In this document: positions 37,614 through 49,339 of the stretch, piece after piece
Layout: each line of letters begins with the position of its first letter
How positions within the stretch are numbered: position 1 is the stretch's first letter
Assembly: GCA_964016885.1 (NCBI GenBank)
Contig: OZ024740.1
Coordinates: forward strand, 352,780,001-352,844,000
DNA: 64,000 nucleotides
Reading direction: 5' to 3'
Source: Eledone cirrhosa
Lineage: Eukaryota
Translations under genes and position numbers: made by a program
Notes under the pieces: generated by a model
Told to the model about the DNA's origin: nothing
What the model saw: the letters and a program-made list of their open reading frames with translations, nothing else
The model's database searches: none

Positions 37614-39234
37614 GTAAGATTGTGTGTATATATATATGTGGGTATCTGTGATCTATATACATTGGTCATAGACACACACACATACATACGCATATATATA
37701 TATAAACACACACTCACATATATATATACACAACAACATAACCAGCTCTCTCTCTTCCATTCTCCTTTTCTGTCTCCTCTCTCTTTCTCTATGTCTTTCT
37801 TTCAATCTACTCTCTCACAACCACTATCTCTTTCTCTCTACCCTTCTCTCTCTCTGTTTATGAAGGTACTCAGAAAACCCCATGTGCTCTGATTTACGCG
37901 AAACTTGTTTTATTCCATTTGTATTCCCATTTCAGGGGCAACCTCTTTTCAAAATATTTTTCCATTATGTGCCTTTTTGGCTGTATTACATTAGATAAGC
38001 AAGCAATCACAGAATTTTAGTAATATACTAGATCACCCGTGACCTGTTGGGTCATGTTCACTTCAAAATATTTTTTTAAAATCATGTTCACTTAAAAATA
38101 ATTTTTAAATAATTAAAATATTCACAGACATGTATATAATGGGAAATGAAACTGGAAGGCCCATATATAGATGGTTCAAAACCGTTTTGAACTGTTTCTG
38201 CTTCACATTTGAAAAGTGGGTAATAGCTCTGAAATATGACGTTGAAATATACTGGGTAAAACATAATTTTGTTTTGTTTCATTTGTCATGCTTTGACATA
38301 TATATTTCTACTGCATTGTAACAGCTTTTTAAAACTTATCAGTTTTTATTATGTGCCTCACAATACTTTATATTAACTATACTATTTTATGTTCAATAAT
38401 GTTTTTAAATAAATTAAAACTTATTTTACTATGCATAAATTGCCTATTTACTCATTTAAATTATGAAATATACTTTTCACATTGAGCACTCATCAGTAAC
38501 ACAAAAATGCACTCTGATCAGTTTCTAGCTAGTTCTCAATCTGGGAAATGCCTAACATTGTGCTAGTGGGTGTATGTATATTTTTGTGCATGCATCTGGT
38601 AAATCATAACAACATAGGTAAATTACAAAACAGTTTTTCATAAACAGCAGACTAGCTAGTTCCAGTTTCTTATGGTGAGAGATAATTGAAAGCTTTGTTG
38701 TAATAGCCTCTCCCATAAATTTTTTATTCGGATAATTTTTTAATGGGATTAGATCTTTCTAAATTATGTCTTTCATTCCTTTTTATTTATTATCTGTAAA
38801 TTGAATCGAAAAAATTAATATTACCATAATACAAACCTTGTTTTTGATGCAAAAAAAGAAGAAAAATATGACTCCAGTGTACAGCCCTGTATATGCAAGT
38901 TTTTTTGTAAACTTATACCATGCTATCCAGCAAAATCTCAATCTCACATATTTCACTATAATATTCAGTTTCTCAGAATGTAAAACAACCAGATAATTAG
39001 TTTTTGAAAACAATAGTTATGAACACATATTTGCAATCTTGCCATTTGAAACGAGTATTTTTAAGCTCAGTAAAAATTTCTAAAAACATATGCACATGTA
39101 TCATAGAAACCTCAAATTTTACTCAAAATACATTGGTAAAATAAATTGGTAGAAGTTGCCCAAAGTGCCATGCAATGAAATTGAACTTAGAACTACATGG
39201 TTGTGAAATAAACTCCTTAACCACACAGTTATTC

Positions 39235-39452
39235 AGTGAATTGGCAGTATTGGTAGAGTGTCGGGCTCTATGCTTTGCAGCATAGAGTTACGGCCCTTTA
39301 TGATGTGAGTTCAAATCCCGCTGAGGTTAACTTTGCCTTTCATCCTTACAGGGTCGATAAAATAAAGTACCAGTCAGCCACTGGGGTCGATTTAATTGAC
39401 TTTCCCCTCCCCCAAAATTTCTGACCGTGTGCCTATATAAGAAACCATTATT
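39235..39452 (+). mobile_element. tRNA-derived SINE (long subfamily)
   Basis: TGGCAGTATTGG, GAGTTCAAATCC, central domain and GGGGTCGATTTAATTGAC segment. Confidence 0.85.
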
Positions 39453-40315
39453 TAACGTGTTTTCCCTGCTACCAGGGGTTGGATGGATCATCACAGTCCA
39501 AGTCAGTACTTAATCAAAGGTACTGACATCTCTGATGGGTCAGGGGGACTAGAGAGCCAGTAGTGCTAGAGAGGTTGTCATGTCTTTGGAGGAGTCCTCA
39601 TATATATATATATATATAAAAATATATATATTGTTATACTTTGGGAGAGTCATGCTCCCAATAAAAGCACATGCATCTGTTGGTTTTCACTTCAATTTAT
39701 TATAAATTTCTGGTTGGTTGGTTTGATAAATGGATGGTTGTTTATATATTGTCAAAGCTCTTTTGTCACATATTCTGTGCCCTCCTCAGTGACTGGGTTT
39801 TTATTTTGTGTCTCTCCTTTGGTCTGTCCTACCTTGATGGTGTAAGACAGAACAAAGGACTTTAACAAACAGGTACAAAAAGTCGTTAGTTTCACGCCTT
39901 ATATTGGAAAGAGGAAAGAAAGTTCGATGTGTCGGTCTTAAGCACTTCTTCAGGAGTACAAAATAGAGACAGGATCACAGAGGAGGAACAGAAAAAAAGG
40001 TCCGAGTAAACATACGCAAATCTTTTACTTTTATTTATTAGCTTTAGTCATTAAACTGCAACCAAACTGGGGCAATATATGTAATATATATAAAATTCAA
40101 AGTTGGAAAGCCATGACAATGCCGGTTGGATGGAAAATAATTAAATCGTAAGAAACGGGGGTTGTTTTTTACCTCAATTTATTCATGTGCCCTGATATTT
40201 TGAGATTAATATCTCTTCTTCCAAGGAATATAAAGGAACTATTCCAGTGTCTGATGTGGCTTGCTATACCATATATATATATGTAATTATTGCCGGGAAT
40301 GTAACCCAAGTGAAC

Positions 40316-40531
40316 TTAACCCTTTAGCATTTGAACTGGCCATATCTGGCCAGAATTCTCTCACCTCTTTCTGTCCAAACCAGCTGTAACCGGCCGATCA
40401 TACTTATGTTTAGGTATTGTTCTCAAAATGAATAATATCAACATATCATAGCTTCAATATTATGTGAGATAAAGCCTTTAGCATGAAAAGACAGCAGTAA
40501 ATATAGAGTAATGTAAAAGCTAAATGACTAA
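40316..40531. mobile_element. piggyBac-like MITE, copy 4
   Basis: TTAACCCTTTAGCATT left end, decayed right end, shared internal sequence. Confidence 0.75.
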
Positions 40532-41925
40532 CGATCCAATCTTTGTTATGTTATTGGCACTACTACTAATAATATAAAAATGTGTTGCATGGCTGCATAA
40601 CATTATATCTCAATGTAGTTGCAAACAACTGTTATATTATATTCAATTAAATCAACTTTAGCAATAGAGTAGTACTTTCTGTTTTATTGATCTCTTAAGA
40701 ATGAAAGGTAACATTGAACCTTGTGTCATATAAACTCAGACTGTAGAGAGGTAAAAATAAGTATCATAGTCATGCATTTGTTTTCAGATGCTAGCTTAGA
40801 AAAATACATGTAAAAACAATGATGACAGTTTACCTAGCTGTCATAGATTTGCATTGGGAGTGCCGTGTTTACTGCTGGCAGTTAATTAACCCCTTTGAAG
40901 CCACCACTGGTTTTATGATACAAAATTATTTGTTTTGAAGTGTTTCACTCACTCACTTAACACATAACCCCTGTTGGAATCGTAGGGGCATCATAATGAT
41001 AGTGTTTCTTAGTCATTTTAAAAACCTAATGGAGCCAATCACCTCTCCTGGTTTGAATATAGCTGATTTCTTCCAGAGAAGGAGAGAGGTAGAGAGAGAA
41101 AGAAGAAGAAAAAGAAGAATTGATCCCAGTACTGGACAGGTTCTTTTTTATTTTTTATTGACTTCGGAAGGATGAAAGGCAAAGTTGAACTTGGCGGGAT
41201 TTAAACTCAGAGCATAGAGAGCTAGAAGGAGTACCGCAAAGCATTCTGTCTGACATTTTAACAACTTTATCAATTTGTCACCTTTGAAGTGTTTATATTT
41301 ATTTAAAAACCATCCATTATAATTTCATGCAAGACCCTTTATATGCTTAGCCACATACGTGTAAATTTCATGAGCAGGCAGTTCTGTTGATTGAATCAAC
41401 CAGAGCACATGTCATGGAGGTTCAACAACAACAATGCTTTACTAATGCTGTCAATTTAACCTCCTTGAAACAAGCATAAAACCTGCATTTTATTCTGAAA
41501 TGAGTTTCACCTACAAATTAAATGTTTAAGATTAATTATTCTTAATAAGATTGTAAATCTCCAGGCTATTAATTTCCTCTCTGCAAGATGTAAATATTGG
41601 AAAATATTGTTTCTAAAGTTAAAGATTAATATTGTCTCAACAATTATAAGCTTATTTGATTGATTAGATATTCCTTTTCTAATTGTACATTGATTTCTAA
41701 CAATGGCGTGTGGCCACACGCAAGCACACTTGTGCACATACACACACACACAAAGAGGATGAGAAAGTGAGTGGGGAGGTGAACTTGATTGGATTGTTCA
41801 CGGGAATATTACTGCTACTTATTTAAACCATTTCATTACCATATTTCTAATGAAATACACCGCTTATGATTTCCAAACAATCAAGAATTTAGAGGGATTT
41901 AGTAATGTAACTAGCTTTCTCATTA

Positions 41926-42150
41926 TTAACCCTTTAGCATTCACATTACTCTATAAATACTATTATATTTTCATGGGAAAGGCTTTACCTCACATATTAT
42001 CTCAAATAATATCGACTCTGAGATTTTGAAAGTATTTATTTTGAGAACAATACCTTAACATCAGTTTGAGCGACCAGTTACAGCCAGTTTCAACAGAAAG
42101 AGGTAGAGAATTCTGGCCGGTTTTGGCTGGTTTGAATATTAACGGGTTAA
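41926..42150. mobile_element. piggyBac-like MITE, copy 5, nested in an older TTAA-type element (~41822-42252)
   Basis: TTAACCCTTTAGCATT ... AATATTAACGGGTTAA. The flanks join into an element ending ATCAAAAGGGTTAA that resembles 52218-52435. Confidence 0.75.
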
Positions 42151-43879
42151 GTGTTTGGAGCATAACTTAACAATATATAATCATTTTAAAACAAAAGGTT
42201 TTATCATAAAACTAAGAGCAGTTTCAGGTATTTTGTTATCAAAAGGGTTAATTGACTGTCATCAGTAAACAAAATATTCACAGTAAAAATCTTTGGCAGC
42301 TAGGAAAATTTTGTTTTTGTGATATGTGTGTCATCATGTCATCATCATTATTGTTTTCACACCCATTTTTCCATGCAAACCTGGGTTGAATTGGACTTAG
42401 GGGGTGGGGTGGGGACAGTAGTCTACTGTCAAATGCTTTTCCTGATGCTAGCCTTTTTGTTTTTAGTAAGGTACAGATCTTTGCACATCAAACTGTTGAA
42501 TTGCAGGATGTTTATACAGGACATAACCAAATATCATCATCTGCACTAGAACATGGAAACTAACACATACACACAAACACACACCCGTTTACATAATGAT
42601 GGTATATGTATTTACAATGGGTTTCTACACAGTTCCCTCCACCAAATTCACTCAAAGCATTTGTCTGTCTGAGGCTATAGCAAGGAGACACTTGTCCAAG
42701 GTGCTGTGCAATGACATAGAACCCCAAACCATTTTTTAGTCACAAATCCATACTGCGTTTTGACTGTGAAAGTGTATCAGCCTTTGCCTTGAATAACAAT
42801 GATCATAAGGAGAAGAGAGACTAGCATGCATGAGCAACTGTTGGTCTTTCATGAAACCCCTCGCTGAAGCTTGTAAACTGGAGAGGAACTTTCCTGGTGC
42901 AATCTTATGGTCAATCATGACCGAAGGGGGCCCTTCTCTTTCTCTCTAAGACAGATTGCCTTTACTTCAGCTTATTTGTGTATACCAGATCGCTAGTGAG
43001 GTAGCTGTTGTATAAAAATAAACAATTATCTTTTAAATTTTAACCTAGTTAAAAATATACAATTAATTAATTTGGCTTTGTTAAAAAATATAGAATTAGT
43101 TAAATGGGAAAGTGATACATAGAAAATGCATAAACAAAAATGCCCTTGCGACCTGTTACCAGTCATTAATGAATGCTTGGTCTTACTTGTACAGCCAGTC
43201 AGTTTGTCTTGGTCAATAACACACACACAGGTGAATTGGCAGTCATTAAGGAAACTGTGTTCTGAGTTCAAATGGTGCCAAGGTCAACTTTGCTTTTCAT
43301 CCTTTCAGGGTCAATAAACAAAGTACCAGTCAAAGGCCAGTGGGAAAATGATGACAGTCTGCTAGGTGTTGCAACATGCAGATGGTATATTGATAGAAAC
43401 ATACTTTCATTGGTCCAATTTGGAGGAAAGGCCAATTTCCTTTTCTTTCCTTGTCTGTGTGTGTGCATGCACGCACACACACATATTCTCTTTCTCTCTC
43501 TCTCTCCTGTTAGTTCCCTCATTCATATTCTCTTGCTCTCCCTCCTCATCCAACTCATATCAGTATGGAAATTTAGAGCAGACCTCTGATTCACCTTCTC
43601 TACCCAACCCATGTAGCTTCTCCCTTCACACTCACATCCCTGACTCACCTTTCCTGTCTAACATGAAAAGCCAAGCACATTCCACAATATAGTGCCAAGC
43701 ACAACCCACAAGACTACTCCCATGATATGTTGATTGCTCTCCCATTATGGGATTTCCCCCTCACCTAGCTAACAACATGTTCCCTGACACTTGCTCTCTC
43801 ATCGTACTCTCATCATTGCCTCCTCAGATGGACCAAATAAACAACAAGAATCCAAATGTCTTAATGAGGTTGCACTGTG

Positions 43880-44100
43880 ACAGGATAACCCACCTTGCCA
43901 GGCTAGTGCCTCAACAAAAAGCACCCAGACCAACCTGTAAGGTGGTTAGGTTAGTGCCACAACAAAAAACATCTAACCAACTTTGTAAGGAGGTTGTATG
44001 AGTGCCAGGAAGAAAGTACTTAGTTCACCTTTGTAAGGTGGTAGTGCTGATGCCATGAAAAAAGCACCCAGTCTATCCTGTAAGGTGGTTGATCTTGTAC
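43880..44100 (+). repeat. Degenerate ~50-bp tandem repeat (about 4 units)
   Basis: Recurring TAGTGCC..AAAAAGCACCCAG..CTGTAAGGTGGT units. Confidence 0.65.
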
Positions 44101-44188
44101 TGGTGCTTTAGTAAACCAAGCAAATAAACAGCATATATGCAAGACTACGTCACCTGATCTCTGTTATCTCTTAGCTTTGACAGCCTGT

Positions 44189-44417
44189 TTAACACTTTAG
44201 CAGTTAAACCGGCTATATCCAGCCAGAATTCTCTCACCTCTTTCTGTTTAAACCAGCCATAACTGGCCGCTTATACCTACATTAAGGTATCACTCTCAAA
44301 ATAAATAACATCAAAATCTCATAGATTCAATATTATGTGAGATGATTATGTAAGATAAAGCTTTTACTGTGAAAATTCAATAGTAAATATAGAATAATGT
44401 AAATGCTAAAAGGTCAA
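44189..44417. mobile_element. piggyBac-like MITE, copy 6
   Basis: TTAACACTTTAGCAGT ... AATGCTAAAAGGTCAA, shared internal sequence. Confidence 0.75.
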
Positions 44418-45269
44418 CTAATGCAAGTATGGAAAATATACATTAAATGGTGAATTTTGTGGTCCTTGATCATCTCTGAGGTCAGTCTTCACTACTTCAT
44501 CCCATTTCTTCTTAGATCTTCCTCTTCTACAAATCCAAACCAGTGAGATTTTTCTGCACTTCTTTATACAGCTGTCTTTATACATCTTCCCTAAGTGTCA
44601 CATATCTATACCAATGCAATCTTCTCTCTTGCACACTACATTCAATTCCTGTTATACCCAGTTTCCCTCTCAGTTCACTTATGCTACATCATTCATGCAC
44701 ACTAACATTACATACCCACCAGAGCATATTTGCTTCATTTCTTCATCTTTTTCTAGATTTCACAAGTCTTTTGCAGTCAAGACCTTTGTCTCACTTCCAT
44801 GTGGTATCACAATTTATACACAAGCATCATACAACTTACCCCTCATGTATATCTATATTACTGTCTAACTACTACACTACATCCTGTATATGTATATATA
44901 TATATAAGAAAAGACAAACACAGAGATACAATTACACAAAGTTTTATTAGTTTCATACTTGTTGGAAAAGGAAAAAGAATGTATTGGACGTTAGTCTTTC
45001 ATCGGGAGAAAAAGGAAGTTGGAAGGTTGAAATAAAAAGTGTTTATGTATAAATATTCCCAGCATTGCAAGGTGAAACCAGTAAAATAATAAAAAAATAT
45101 GTTGTAAAAAAATATCTTCCTTCTGCGATATGTAATCTTTTTGCCAAAGCAATCTAAATGCTCTTATGTTTGTTGGTTTGATTTTTATATTTTTTTTATT
45201 GTTTTTTTTTTTTTGTAGTTGAAGTTTTGGCATTTCATTGGGAGTGTTTGCAACAGGCATTTTTTATTA

Positions 45270-46030
45270 TGTGGATTAGCAGAATGGTTAGTGTCAGACA
45301 AAATACTTTGTGGTATTTAGTTAGAACTTACTATGTTCTGAGTTCAAATCCTGCCAAGGTCAACTTTGCATTTCGTCCTTTCAGAGTTGATAAAATATAG
45401 TACCAGTTAGGTACTGTTAGCCTTGTGTCAAAGCTAGAAAAAATTATCATACGGTTTGGCAGAATGGATGGCATGTCAAACAAAATGCATTATGCAAAAT
45501 GAATCCTATTAAAATCAACTTTGCCTTTCATCTTTCTATATTAATGAAATAAAGTACTTGTGAAGTTCCAGGGTCGATGTAATTGACTTTCTCCCCCTTC
45601 AAATTTTTGGCCTTGTGCCTATACTAGAAATCGGTGGATTGGCAGTGTCGGTAGAGGGTCGGACGCCATGCTTTGACGTATAGAGTTACGCCCCTTGCCA
45701 TTCTGAGTTCAAATCCCGCCGAGGTTAACTTTGCCTTTCATCCTTACGGGGTCGATAAAATAAAGTACCAGTAATGTACTGGGTAATTACTGGCCTTGTG
45801 CCAAAAGTAGAAACAATTATTATTATTATTATTGGACATCATGCTTTGCGACACAGAGTTATGTCCCTTTACATTTTGTGTTCAAATCTCACTGAAGTTA
45901 ACTTTGCCTTTCATCCTTACCGGGTCGGTAAAATAAAGTACCAGTCATGCACTGGGGTAGATTTAATCGAGTTTCCCCTCCTCCCAAATTGCTGGCCTTG
46001 TGCCTATAGAAGAAACCATTATTATTATTG
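45270..46030 (+). mobile_element. Head-to-tail cluster of four SINE copies of differing age
   Basis: The central domain AACTTTGC.TTTC.TC recurs at ~45360, ~45520, ~45730 and ~45900. The 45634-45833 copy is young and intact. Confidence 0.85.
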
Positions 46031-47009
46031 TTTTGGGGGGATTTTTTACAAAGGAAACTGTTAGCTCTTTTGGAATTTCTATTAAACATGTAAAAGAAGT
46101 TAAGTATATAATATTAACAATCTTTATTGTTGTTAGCTGGTATTGTTGTGGAAGCATAACTATTAATTTCCTTTTTGGCAAAGAATAGTGAGAGAATAAG
46201 TGAAATTCGTGAATATAAATAGGAAGCAAGGATGATGGACAGGAAGTGTTTGGAATAAGAAAGAGAGATGATGGCAAGTGATTGTATTAGTGGTGGGTTG
46301 GCGGGATGACAATCCTTGATAACCTATTTATTTATTTGACACTGAAATAATTTTATGTAGAAAGTATAATTTATCTATGTCTTGCAGAAACATCCCATGG
46401 CTCAGCAGTTCTTCAAAGATCTGTACCATACGAGAAAAAAAAAAAAAGCTGGTGTCAGGTACAGCATCCAGCTTTAGAATATTGCCCCCTCTCCCAATCC
46501 CATTCAATGCATGTTCACATGGAAAAATGGGTGTAAAAGCAATTATAATGTGATAACACACATATGGAGTCAAAGAAAATCTTAGATTCCCTAGATTTCC
46601 ACTGTGAGTGTTTACTGCTGAATCTGCCCTTGAAAATCATAAGTAGTGACTTTTATTAGAAATGTGGTATCAAAATAGTTATATGTAACATTGCAAACCA
46701 ACAAAGCGTGCCCATAGTTACACAATTTTATGCTGTTTAATTTGGGGAGTTGATCTTATTGTGTTGATCTATTTAGAGCTAGGTAGGCAAAGCCATTTGC
46801 AGGTTAAGTATCATAATTTTGGATCCAATGAGGTACTAGTGACATGCTACCAGTTTTTTACGTTCCAAATTCTCACCCCACTGAGGTCAAATATCCCATT
46901 TACCCTTTTGGGATCAATAAAATAAAGTACCAGTCAAGTAGTAGGGTTGATATAATCAACTTCCCCTTTCCAGCAAATTGCTGGCCATATGCCAAAAATC
47001 AACCTTGAA

Positions 47010-47332
47010 TTTTATTTCATTAATTGAGGAGAAAGAAAGGAATGTAAAATAAGAAAATATAAAAAAAAAGAAAGAAAGGAAAAGTAATGGAAAGGCAAAG
47101 GCTCTAGTGTCACAGAAGAATGGGGAGGATGAGGGTGATTGGGTTCTGGGCCTAGGGCGCGGTAGTAATGAGGGTGTGCTCCAAGGATAGGACTGCAAAA
47201 GCATTCCCGTAGACAATGGCCAGCAACACCTGCTGCAACAGCCACCCCACCTCACGGGGCTCCTTCACGTGGGCTGCTGATGTCCTGATCTTGCAGAGGA
47301 GCTCGGCAGTTCGGGGTCCAAGTATGCTGTAA
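47010..47332 (-). mobile_element. 3'-terminal fragment of a second, divergent CRE-like RLE element
   Basis: ILGPRTAELLCKI..EPREVGWLLQQVLLAIVYGNAFAVLS aligns by eye with VLGPRATFLLTTI..EPCELEWLFQRVSLAILQGNTFSILS of the 10-13 kb element. It is followed by a different pyrimidine-rich 3' UTR with AATAAA. Confidence 0.7.
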
Positions 47333-47452
47333 CTGATTGGGTGATTAGTTCTATTGACTTCAAGAGAGAGTGGAAATGGAAGTTGTCTGTCTACTAGCAA
47401 TATAATAAATATGAAAGGAAACTAGCTACACACACGCACGCATGCATGCATA

Positions 47453-47649
47453 TGAGGGTCAGCTGAAAAGTTCATAGGCTGACCAAGATTCTCTCATGGA
47501 ATGACCAAAAGAGGTTAATTGTTGAACATAGTCCCCAGAAAGAAACAATGCATTATTAATAGGAAGAGTTGAAATTAACGCATGCAATATTTCACAGCCC
47601 TACCATCGCTCCTTCATAGTCAGCCTATGAATTTTTTAACTGACCCTTA
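47453..47649. mobile_element. mariner-type MITE (~197 bp)
   Basis: TA-TGAGGGTCAGCTGAAAAGTTCATAGGCTGAC ... GTCAGCCTATGAATTTTTTAACTGACCCTTA-TA inverted ends with TA flanks. Confidence 0.8.
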
Positions 47650-47792
47650 TACATCCATATATACATACATAATTTTTCAGTGACCTTTCCATACTGGCAT
47701 GAGTTGGAATAGACGTTTTGGGATAGCGTTTTACAACTAGATGCCCTTTCTGACACTAACCTTTTTAGTTGCCTCTTATGACATTCAGGGGT

Positions 47793-48550
47793 ATCATCAT
47801 CATCATTTTACGCCTGCTTTTCACTGCTTGCAAGGATGGGATGGGTCCTATTCAGCACAGCATCTCTCTACTTGTCACAGTCCTTCGTCATCTTCACCTT
47901 GATCTGAGGTCCGCTCTCACCACCTCCGCCCATGTTTTTCGTGGCCTTCCTCTACTGTGTCTTCCTTCTACTGGGATTTGTTGGCACATCTTTACCCAGT
48001 GGTCATCCTCCATGTGCATCACATGTCTATACCATTGCAGTCTTCTCTCTCGCACACTACAACTTATCCCTCTTATACACAGTTTCTCTCTCAACTCATC
48101 TATGCTTGGTCGTTCACGCACATTGACATTGCACATCCAACGGAGCATGCTTGCTTCATTTCTCTCCAGCCGTTGCATATCCTCTGCAGTTGCTGCCCAT
48201 GTCTCACTACCATGCAGCATCGCGCATCTCACACAGACATCGTATAACCGGCCTTTCGTACGCAGGGAGAAACCCTTCTTTGTCAACAGAGGAAGCAGCT
48301 CCCTAGGTATGGTGTACCTATTCTAAATTAGACACACGCAGGGAAAGAGTCAAAATAAAAATTTGAGTGGTTTAGGGTTCGAAGACATTGTCTTAGAGAA
48401 GTGTAAGTGTGCAAGGTCAGATTTTATCATGTCATCCCAGGTTTTTATGGGTCTACCTACTCCATAACTTCCATCAATTTTTATCGCCCTGCACTTTTTT
48501 TATACAGCTGTCGTCTCTCATGCGCATCACATAACCATACCAACGTAGTT
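47793..48550 (-). mobile_element. Two adjacent RTE 3' fragments
   Basis: ORF 47894-48286 reads KGRLYDVCVRCAMLHGSETW..RRLQWYRHVMHM..GRPRKTW with a (CAT)n tail. A second scrap, LRWYGYVMRMRDDSCIKK, lies at ~48320-48550. Confidence 0.8.
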
Positions 48551-48866
48551 TAGAGAATTTGAATTGCTCACGCCATAACTTAATCTCAGAAATACTGGCA
48601 GTACTTAGGGCAGAGTAATTGTAGTTCCCATTATACACTAGATAAGGAAATTGTTTCACCTTTAAGTGAGAGGAGAATAATTCTTGACTACTTTGGAAAA
48701 TTCTCGATAATTTTCTAGATTTATACTTCTTGTGAGGATTTCCAGAATTCATTTTCGTTTGTCTTTTTAACTATATCTAAGACTTGTTGATAGATGTTTT
48801 GTTTTCTGTTTAATTAATATATAGAATATTAACATTTAAAGTTGTTTTCCTGTTTTATATAAATTT

Positions 48867-49324
48867 CCGAATATACTTGAATATAAGCCGATCCCCTATA
48901 TTATGCCTGAGAAATTGGCAAAAATCTAAATCCCGTTTATAAACCGAGGCAAGTAATTAATCCATTATATTTACATGGATTGAAATTCTCATGAGTGAAG
49001 TTTATATTTATGAAGTTTTAATATTTTAAAATGTTTTAAGTGTCATTTAGAGTATAGTTTGTTTCACAACTCCATTACATAATGATTTTTTATCAATTTC
49101 CAACTGTTTTGAAGGCTATATTCATTTAAATCATATTAAAAACAATAAGAACTATTGAAATTCACCTCCAAAGCGAAAATATTTTAGCACCTCATTTACA
49201 TAGAAGTTTGATGATGGTGGAAAATGGTAACATATTGACCTTGAATATAAGCTGGCCCTCATTTTACCATCGTTTTTTTTTTTTTTTTTTGCATATTCCT
49301 CGGTTTATATACGAGTATAAACAG
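48867..49324. mobile_element. Tc2/pogo-like non-autonomous DNA transposon
   Basis: Imperfect TIRs CCGAATATACTTGAATATAAGCCGA and TCGGTTTATATACGAGTATAAACAG-TA, with internal TATAAACCG/TATAAGCTG subrepeats. Confidence 0.6.
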
Positions 49325-49339
49325 TATATCTTGTTTCCT

